Source: Octopus sinensis (Eukaryota). From it: DNA of 64,000 nt. Below are positions 54,145-64,000 of the stretch, piece by piece. Made by a program: the position numbers and the translations under genes. A model generated the notes under the pieces. It made no database searches. It was not told the DNA's origin and was given only the letters and a program-made list of their open reading frames with translations. Position 1 is the first letter of the stretch. Each line of letters starts with the position of its first letter. The stretch spans positions 92,194,001 to 92,258,000 of the forward strand of contig NC_043004.1 of the NCBI RefSeq assembly GCF_006345805.1, read 5' to 3'.

Positions 54145-54720
54145 GGGTTAGTCGATTACCTCGACCCGAATGCTCATCTAATACTTATTTTATCGAGCTC
54201 GGAAGGATGAAAGACAAAGTCGACCTCTGAGGAATTTGAACTTAGAGCATAAAGATACACCAAATCTTGCTGAGCATTTTGCCCAGCGTGCAAACGTCTC
54301 TACCATCTCGCCGCCATGTCATAATTTGTAGTATTAATGATTTCTAACATAGACACAAAGGATGTTGGGTGTAGTTGACTGAATGATTGAAGTAGTACTT
54401 GACTGGAGCTAGAATAATTCTTAGTTTATTGAACTATCTCCCCTTTTGTTTAGGAGTCAATAATGAAAATCGCTCGTCTTTTCCTTTATCCAACAAAGAT
54501 GAAAATTTCATTTCACTGATGTCTTTTTGAGTTGTCCAATCGTACGATCATATATACGTGATTCCTTTCAATCTATGCTACCAGCTTACTTAACGTGGCT
54601 CCCATAAATATATACATTTATTTTTAATTTGCAAGACGGTGATTCATTTTACCAATCTAGCAAATTGAAAGACAAAATTGATCGCAGTAGGTTTGAATTC
54701 AGAATGTAAAGAGATGTAAC
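54145..54720 (-). mobile_element. Two diverged SINE A copies
   Basis: Family motifs at 54145-54315 and 54645-54720. Confidence 0.7.
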
Positions 54721-55526
54721 AAACTCACGATAATAATAGTCTGTTTAATGTTTCTGGTTGCTTGTTTATGTCCGTCTCTTCAGTATCGAATTAGCAGCAA
54801 CAACATATCTACTACACCAACACTACGACTACTACCACTACCACAACCACCACCACCACCACCACTAAGTAACAACAACGACAGCAACAACAACAGCAAC
54901 ACCGGCAACGACCATATCGAACCTTTACCTCATTTATTTATTTGCTCTATTCTTGGCAGTTTTCAACATTTTCTTTACGGTATTTTCCCATTCTCTTGAC
55001 GTTTCCGACAGAGATTTCTTTCTTCTCTTTAGTTTTCATCACAAACACCCACATTCTGTACTATACCTCGCACAGCTCGCTTCTAGTTTTTTTTAATTTT
55101 AACTACGACTTAACCCTTTGCTTCTACAGCTCCCATTCAAAAGTATATCACTAATATTATCTTATCTATTATTATTATTATTATCATTATTATTATTATT
55201 ATTATTATCATCATCATCATCATCATCACTAGAAAACCTTCTCAACCTCTAGCCAACTTTTGTTCCGTCTCTTCGAATTGAACTCGTTCCAAAAACCCAA
55301 AACATCGGTATCTAGCTCCAACGGTCTATAGTCGTTTTTGGTTATCGACTGGTTGGCTCGAATTCACATTTGCTTTCCCATCGCTCCAACTGTTGTCTAC
55401 TTCTATTTTACTTACTCACTCAAGGGTGCCAGCGCTGTACGGTAGAATGGAGGTAGGCTCCTAGTGTTCAAATGCTGTAAAGCATGTTCGATACTGCGTT
55501 GAGCCTTATCACTAACACTCTTTTAC

Positions 55527-55938
55527 TCTCTTTTACTTGTTTCAGTCATTTGACTGCGGCCATGCTGGAGCACCGCCTTTAATCGAGCAACTCGACCCCG
55601 GGATTTATTCTTGTGTAAGCCCAGTACTTATTCTATCGGTCTCTTTTGCCGAACCGCTAAGTAACGGGGACATAAGCACACCAGCATCGGTTGTCAAGCA
55701 ATGCAGGGGGACAAACACAGAACACACAAACACGCACACGCATATATATATATATATATAATATTATATATATACATATATACGACGGGCGTCTTTCAGT
55801 TTTCGTCTACCAAATCCACTCACAAGGCTTTGGTCGGCCCGAGGCTATAGTAGAAGACACTTGCCCAAGGTGCCACGCAGTGGGACTGAACCCGGAACCA
55901 TGTGGCTGGTAAACAAGCTACTTACCACACAGCCACTC
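55527..55938 (-). mobile_element. Full-length SINE family B
   Basis: Reverse complement of 33595; probable TSD aaca(c)tcttttac. Confidence 0.9.
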
Positions 55939-56064
55939 AACATCTTTTACCTATCGTAACCAAATATTCCATTAAGATCGATATTGTAATACAGAAGGTA
56001 AAAAGGGACATTGTCTACTATATTGGATTCTGTTACGGAAAACACACGCGCGAACGCACACACG

Positions 56065-56109
<45 letters not shown>

Positions 56110-56483
56110 AGGAGCATGTTAAAACGGGCCCATGCACAAACACACAGGTGTGTACGAATGTTTAGTTAAAACAGAACTTACAACGTAGAACACATATTTC
56201 TTAATCAATTTTTTTTAATCGTCGGGAAGTTACGTAAGTTATTCAAGGTCTAATATCTCATCCTGTGTGCGTGTGCGCGAGCAGGAGGGCGCACTTGTGT
56301 GCCTGGGTGTTTATATGTGCGTTCCATATCAAAGTTCATGTTTATATATAAACGCGTAGGCATATATGTATGTATTTATGTATGTATATGAATATGCTTA
56401 CATATGTGTGTGCCTGTGTGTTGATGCATACACACAGAGAAACACTCAGAAACATGTGTGTAGATATAGTATATATATATGTA

Positions 56484-56532
<49 letters not shown>

Positions 56533-56614
56533 ATGTGTTACCTACACTACACACATTTACACATATATATGCAGTGTACAGTATATGTATATATATATAT
56601 AATATATAAAGGAG

Positions 56615-56952
56615 TAAAGACCCCCTTCGGTCATGAATGACCATGGATTGCACCTAGAAAGTTACCCTCCTAGACCAAGTCGGGCAAGGGCAAGGTTGTT
56701 TATGGAAGGCCAGCAGTCGCCCATGCATACCAGCCTCCCTCTCCACGTCACCGATGTTATCCAAGGGAAAGACAAAGGTCGATACAGTTTGGCACCAGTG
56801 ACGTCGCAACTCATTTCTACAGCTGAGTGAACTGGAGCAACGTGAACTAAAGTGCTTGCTCAAGAACACAACACGCAGCCCGGTCCGGGATTCGAGCTCA
56901 CAACCTCATGATCGTAAGCTCGACGCTCTAACCACTGAGCCTGCGCCTTCAC
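56615..56952 (-). mobile_element. SINE family D (tRNA head + CORE-like) in (TA)n
   Basis: A box ggctcagtggttag, B box gctcgaatccc, core ttgtgttcttgagcaagcactttag. Confidence 0.85.
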
Positions 56953-56955
56953 ATA

Positions 56956-56986
<31 letters not shown>

Positions 56987-57006
56987 CGTTATATATATAT
57001 AATATA

Positions 57007-57053
<47 letters not shown>

Positions 57054-57111
57054 TATATACGTATATATATATATATAAATATAATATGTATATTATATAT
57101 AAACATATATA

Positions 57112-57146
<35 letters not shown>

Positions 57147-57212
57147 GTATATATATATATATATATATACGTATATATATATTATTATATATATAAACAT
57201 ATATATGTATAT

Positions 57213-57245
<33 letters not shown>

Positions 57246-57248
57246 GTA

Positions 57249-57296
<48 letters not shown>

Positions 57297-57392
57297 CATA
57301 TATATGTATATATATATTATATATATGTATATAATATAGATATGTATATATATATATATAATGTATATATATATGTTATATTATATGTGTAT

Positions 57393-57425
<33 letters not shown>

Positions 57426-57500
57426 CTGTATATATATAGATATATGTCTATATTATAATATATATATATAATTATATACGTATATATATATATATAACTA
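56953..57500. repeat. ~550-bp interrupted (TA)n tract
   Basis: Direct inspection. Confidence 0.97.
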
Positions 57501-57614
57501 AATTAATGTTTGTTTATATTCAGTATAATAAAAACAATTTTTCATTAATCTGGTGGGTTACTATATACCTTTGTAGAGTACAAATCTGTTATTCGTATAC
57601 AAGAATGTTGCTGG

Positions 57615-57700
57615 CTGTGACCTCGAAGTTTCGGCCAGCTAAGCCATTGTCAGACTGTCAAACGATGGCTTATCTGGCCGAAACTTCGAAATCACTGTCA
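57615..57700. repeat. Short palindrome with degenerate hammerhead-like motif on each arm
   Basis: tcgaagtttcggccag.taagccat ... atggctta.ctggccgaaacttcga. Confidence 0.55.
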
Positions 57701-57721
57701 ACAACTGTCTTGTATAAGAAT

Positions 57722-57752
<31 letters not shown>

Positions 57753-59467
57753 AGTGAGAGAGAGGCGAGAGAAAAAGGTATTGTGCGAATATTGAAGTAG
57801 GTAGAAAGAACTCAATTTCTAGAAGAGAATACTTAAGACATAGATATTGGAACGTGTCAATTAAGTTTCATAGAAAAATAATTACCTGCACTTCATCTAC
57901 ATTACAATACCCCGTCTATATTGCAGATTTGCTACTTCCTATTTCGTCAAATATTGCTACTTGAACGAAAAAGAAAGGATGTTAAATAGATGGAAATGGT
58001 GAGATGTTATGGAACAAGAAGAAAGTAACTAGGGGGGGGGTACAACTCTCTTAATTCTGAGGTGAATAATGATTCTTACATAAAGTGTAATTTTTTATGG
58101 AAAAATAATTGCTAAAATTACAATAAATTATATAAAATATTCATTTATTCAAAACGGGATAGTATATTTCAATACTTATTTCTGAAATGAAGTGCACTGT
58201 TCGAATATAATGTCATGTCTATTTTAATGTCTGTTAAAAAAAAATCTCTATCAAATAGTGTTTGCGTGAATATGGAAAGGTGAAGGAGGGATTTTGGGAA
58301 CTTATACTGCAAGATAATGTGTGTATGTAGTAGAAGTGTGTATGTATGAGTATATATATGTGTGTGTCTGTGTGTGTATGTATGTATATATATATATATA
58401 TGTGTGTGTCTGTGTGCGTGTGTGTGTGTAGAGAGAGAGAGGGATGTATGTATGTATAGAATGTATAGAATGTTTGAAGTGATGTTAATATTGTATATTA
58501 GGAAAAAGGAGGCAGTCAGAATTTTGGATAATTCTTTATTAGCGCTTTCGTTCGTTTAATCGAACTCTTCAATTACAAAAATTGAAAACCAAAATAATAA
58601 AAACAGAACGTTTCCTCGTGTTTTAGGTGAATCGAAGAGAAATTTTTAGGTTTTCGGAGAAAGGGAGAAAGAAAGGAAGAAAGGGAACAGGACCATCGAG
58701 AAAGATAAATAAAATTAAAGAGGAGGGGGGGATCGACAGAAAAAGATTTCTTTTCAATTATATTGTTTGTTTAGAAGAGGAAAATATATTTTGTTTTTTG
58801 AGAAAGGGAGAAAGACAGAAAGAGAGGAAGATAGGGAGAAGGACAATCGAGAAAGATGAAGAAAAGCAAAGAGTGGGATGTGGAAGAGATAGACAGAGAG
58901 AGAGAGATTACAATTCCAGAAAGCATTTTTTCTCCTCTTTCCTTTCCCATTGTGTAACTATCAACAAATTTGTAAATATACGCATTTTCTCATTATATAC
59001 TCAGTAGGAGGTAGAGGCTAAATAACGGTAGCTTTCAATACTATTCTGACAAAAAAATAATTAAATTGTACTTTACAAAAGTATAGAGAAACACTGTAGA
59101 TTAATGTAAAATTAATTTTATTGTAACTGACCTAAAATCATATTTGTTTACATTACCATCACATATGTATCAATCATTTTCGCATCCTAACCGATGCATC
59201 TATTTATACTCGCATTCTGAAGAGATTTACTTACTTCAATAAATCGAAACGATCGTAAATGCCACCCTCATCTCTGCTTCTTACTTCTTTGTTACCTATT
59301 TAATTAAAGACATGCCATCATAAGCCAGGAGTTCCCCATTGTTATTATATCCATTTTGTTCTCTTATATATATAGTGTAATATAGCAGCATTTTCGAACT
59401 TCATTTTTTACAAATATATACCCACTCGTATACGAGCTAATCTTATTATAAATATATATATATATAA

Positions 59468-59839
59468 GCACTCCGTCGGTTACGACGACGAGGGTTCCGG
59501 TTGATCCGATCAACGGAACAGCCTGCTCGTGAAATTAACGTGTAAGTGGCTGAGCCCTCCACAGACACGTGTACCCTTAACGTAGTTCTCGGGGATATTC
59601 AGCGTGACACAGAGAGTGACAAGGCCGGCCCTTTGAAATACAGACACATCAGAAACAGGAAGTAAGAGTGAGAGAAAGTTGTGGTGAAAGAGTACAGCAG
59701 GGATCACCACCATCCCTGCCGGAGCCTCGTGGAGCTTTAGGTGTTTTTGCTCAATAAACACCCACAACGCCCGGTCTGGGAATCGAAACCGCGATCCTAC
59801 GACCGCGAGTCCGCTGCCCTAACCACTGGGCCATTGCGC

Positions 59840-59843
<4 letters not shown>
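59468..59843 (-). mobile_element. SINE family C in (TA)n
   Basis: Near-identical to 19461-19850. Confidence 0.92.
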
Positions 59844-59874
<31 letters not shown>

Positions 59875-60264
59875 AATGAGTTGGAGTCAACAAGAAGGAG
59901 TACAGTTGGACATTTATCTGCAATCACTACAATTGCTCCTACGCAACGTAGTCCTCCAGGTTTGCATGTATTTGGTTTTGTAACCGTTTTCCTTCATTAT
60001 GAAATTTAGTTCTGTTTCGTCAGGCGATATATAAATATTGTCTCAGTAAATTCAAATTCTCCGCTTCAAGAACATTCTAACTGCCTAACGTGGCCCGAAG
60101 TTGGTAGTAGCCACTGAATGTATCAAGAAATTCATTGTGGCTGAAGCTCCGTTGGCAACAGCTTTGAATGTGTGGATGGAATGCAATGGTGGTTTTGTTA
60201 CTGTTCAAGGGATTGTCCTTTTAGAGGGATTGGCATTTGATTTATATATATATATATATATATA

Positions 60265-60832
60265 TACGTTATAAAAATAGGGTTCAGTAAAACAATTTAC
60301 TTTACCACACACCGAACTTTTTAGGAATAGCAGCCAAAAATCTTAGCTATTTCTTCTACTGTAAGAAAAATCTCCCAGACAATGCATACTCAAAAATAAC
60401 TCACACAGGCATAGAGGTAAAAATAACGAAAGATCACACGTATATAAGATTACTTGCGAACGGCCCGTTTCTGGATTAGTTGAATATAAAGATCAACATG
60501 TCCTTCGTCAGCTCAGAGATTTCTCACGGTTTGGATTTGAGAGCTCTAAAAATCGAACATACCCGTCTGGTATGAGTAATCCCAGACATACCATATCCGA
60601 CCGCCAGTACCAACGAATTCAAAAATACAAGTGTGGCCTCGCATTTATCCCCATCAACCCACGTGAGTTACACAGTGATACATTGTCTGAGTATGCATTG
60701 TCTGGGAGATTTTTTTACAGTAGATGAAATAGCTAAGATTTTTGGCTGCTATTTCTAAAACGTTCGGTGTGTGGTAAAGTAAATTATTTTACTGAACCCT
60801 ATTTTTATAACGTAATGTTTCAAATATACCGT
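60265..60832. mobile_element. Penelope-like element remnant with ~125-bp terminal inverted arms
   Basis: tacgttataaaaatagggttcagtaaaa...cagacaatgcatactca and its reverse complement; internal minus-strand CTGACGA...GAAACGGGCCGTT at 60459-60511. Confidence 0.6.
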
Positions 60833-61125
60833 AAATGGTCTTTTTACATACTGAACACTACTTGGTAAAATTAATTAATAATTAATTAGTTTTACCCTTT
60901 TATTATTATATATATTATATATATATATATATCGGTTGTAGAAAACATAAATCCAGATAAAAGGCACACTCTAAGATGTAGAGCAGTATATATTAAAGAT
61001 GGAGGAAACCGGCTTATGGGGTTACCCTAGGTTTCCCATCCATACAGCTTTATGGCGTATTGTCATAAAGCTAAACCTTTTATGGACGGTGAACCCAAGT
61101 AATCCCATAGACCGGCTGCTGCCAC

Positions 61126-61190
<65 letters not shown>

Positions 61191-61404
61191 TAGGGACGAA
61201 TTTCGTTCCGGCATGTGACAAATGGGCACACGTTATTAAGAAACCCCAAGATGGGCAAAACGCGTCTAACGTCCGCTGCTGCGACAGCGCTTGTTTCGCT
61301 TCAAAGTATATTTTGTTTGTAACATAACGTGTCTATGTAGAGATTTTTCTCACAAACAAAACCACAGCGGCAAGCTTTCCTGTGACACGCAGATGCTTTC
61401 ATAT

Positions 61405-61436
<32 letters not shown>

Positions 61437-61454
61437 GTTAATCCAAACAAGAAA

Positions 61455-61615
61455 ACACACAATATAAAACACAGCAACGCGAGGACGTGGAAAACTAAAG
61501 TATTATTTGACGCTCAGGAAAGAAGGGAAGGAGGGTTTAACGTTTCGAGCGGAGCTCTTCGTCGGAAACAAAGGAGAAGGAAAGATCCCAAGAAGGGAAG
61601 ACAGAGGAAAAACAT
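61455..61615 (-). mobile_element. Penelope-like 3' remnant with CCGACGA hammerhead-like motif (61539-61565)
   Basis: Reverse complement of 13430-13565. Confidence 0.6.
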
Positions 61616-62331
61616 TTTTTTGCTGGTGGTGCTCAAGAGATCACATGCATATATATATATATATTTACGTTTATATATGTACATATATGAGTGCGTGTAC
61701 ACTATTTTGGTTTGACATACATTAATAACAGTGCTAAAGCATCATCTGTAGGTGTATTTTGCCAGCCACCTTATCAATTATCAGAGATGAAAAGTAGGAT
61801 ATCGATTATGTCTATTAGTATTTTAATTTTATATATTTTTATCTGCTATCATATTTTCATTAAGCTTTATGTGTGCGCGCGCGAGTTTTTGTATGTATGT
61901 ACGTATGTGTGTGTGTATGTTTGTTTGTGTGTGTGTATAACGTGAAATAATTTTCAATACTTCAGGCAAGGTTTCTGAAGGTATGCATGTGAGAATGAAA
62001 TCAATATTTAAATTGGACAATATAAGGTATTGAGATATTACTAGTGGTATCGACATACATGGTAAATTATATCCTTTGATAAATTATTATATTCTAGAGG
62101 CTAACTGTTGGTATCAGCACGGTGACAGGGATTAGCATATATGTGATGTGTGTGTGTGTGGACTCACACTTTCCAATAATACGATAAAGATGAATCACTT
62201 TTATTCGTCTGAAAGATCGCGCATGACGAAAAACTTTCAGCTTCATGGAGTGAATTGTGGTCTTGGAATAAATAAAGAAATTCTGCTACTGCTTCTTTTC
62301 TTTGCTCACCGAAACATGCATACGTGTGTGT

Positions 62332-62374
<43 letters not shown>

Positions 62375-62554
62375 AAACAAACAGGAAAATGGAACTAAAA
62401 CCGAGAATATATATATTTTCTTTTTATTACTAATCGGCAGAGCTACTCAAGGTCCGAGTGTTTCGTACGTGGTGCTTAGTCACTCTGTAAAATCTACCGA
62501 TTATAAATCCCTTCTGCCATAGGCATAAGTCCGGAATTTTAGGGAAAGGAGTGG

Positions 62555-62820
62555 GGTTAATCGATTACATTAACCCTAGTAATCAACTAATAATTTTTAT
62601 CGACCACGAAAAGAGGAAAAAATCAAAGTTGACCTCAGCGGAAATAATTCCTTCTGATATAGGAGTGGATAGTCGACCCCAGTACTCGACTAGTACTGAT
62701 TTTATCGACCCCGAAGTATGTAGGGCAAAACTGACCTCGACAGAATTTGAACTCAGAACGGAAAGACGGACGAAATGCCGCTAAGCATTTTGTACTGTAT
62801 GCTAATGATTCTGTCAGTCT
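62555..62820 (-). mobile_element. SINE A copies (partial + near full)
   Basis: Family motifs. Confidence 0.8.
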
Positions 62821-63018
62821 GCCGATTGAGTTCGTTTCTTTGTAGTAACTTTCTGGTCATTTTTCCTTCTTTTGAGGGTATTTTTACTCAATCCTCTAAA
62901 ATATGTTTTCACAACTATCCTCCTGCTCCCGAGATTTCTCCATTATTTGTAAAATGCCAACGTACTCAGTGATTTAGCATTTCTTTATAAAACTGTTCTC
63001 GTATATACTTGTAGTATG

Positions 63019-63060
<42 letters not shown>

Positions 63061-63326
63061 GAAATATGTTACGAAAAGAAAATATAAAATACACGCGGAA
63101 ATGTAAGGGTAAAATATGAAAAATCAACGAAAATGCACATTGCATATAAAAAAATACTATTTATGACAGGTAACGACAAATATATACATTTAGATTGACT
63201 GGGGTAGTAATACGAGTCGTAAAAGTCATTAATATGAGATGATTATAAGATGATAATAAAGTAAGAGAACAAAACGGACCATGGTTTACGCAAAACTATT
63301 CATCGTTTGAACAACACCGGGTAGTA

Positions 63327-63396
<70 letters not shown>

Positions 63397-63736
63397 CTGG
63401 CTTAGTCATAGAAAATAGAGCAGGGGCCTTGGCCCTTTTCATGGCTCCTCTAGTCTATAGGAGAAAGCTATTCTCACATGATATACCAAGGTTGAATGCA
63501 TTGCAGAACAAGGGGATTGTGTTAAGCCAGCGACAGTTTAACAAGAGTAGGAACAATCTTACCAATGACCTTCATACAATGGTTCCATCTACAAAATTGG
63601 CCGACCTAAATCTATAGAACTCACTAGCTTAGAACACGATGAAGTGAGATCGAACGCGAAAATACGTAGGTGTGAAGCGAAGTTCTTGACTGTGCAAATA
63701 CGACCGCATTAACTCATATTTATATACTTGCAATTA

Positions 63737-64000
63737 TCTTTATATATAAAAGTGAAGTTGTGTATCTGTCTCCAACGATTTAGATTCCTAACTACTCCCA
63801 CATTTTGCGGTGCAGTGTAACCAAAAGCGGGTATCTTATAGTCGTGATTCATATCGAGCCCTTCTGGGTATTAGCGCGCGTCTACGATGCATCTACGATT
63901 TTTTAAAAAAAATTACCATCATTTTTTCCCATTTTTAATGCATTTTTTTGCTATTATATAAGGGAAGTAACTCTCTAAAAATGTATTATTAAATCTCAGA
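63737..64000 (+). mobile_element. Probable non-autonomous Helitron, 5' portion
   Basis: Begins A|TCTTTATATATAAAAGTGAAGTTGTGT, the typical 5'-TC...TATATAAAA Helitron start; the 3' hairpin/CTRR end is outside the window. Confidence 0.55.

Overview
AT-rich, microsatellite-saturated eukaryotic DNA. The repeat families look like those of octopus (coleoid cephalopod) genomes; this is my inference from recalled family sequences, not a search result. I could not identify a host protein-coding gene or true RNA gene, only weak splice-site-based exon candidates. Almost all ORFs in the supplied track are microsatellite or repeat artefacts. The window holds two decayed mariner elements plus MITEs, five LINE fragments (three RLE-type including a Dong/R4-like copy in (TAA)n, two RTE-like), many tRNA-derived SINEs from at least four families, a probable Helitron 5' end, and several Penelope-like (PLE) terminal-repeat remnants in tandem or inverted arrangement. 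Three observations stand out. (1) Several unrelated PLE-like remnants carry minimal type I hammerhead ribozyme motifs with palindromic helix III. One family has a UUGAAAA core (U3-A8 swap) instead of CUGANGA, and the motifs often sit as sense/antisense pairs in palindromes. (2) A SINE subfamily has inserted into copies of its own family at GGTATTT-like targets, with visible TSDs. (3) SINE families show module shuffling and a covarying 3' stem-loop.
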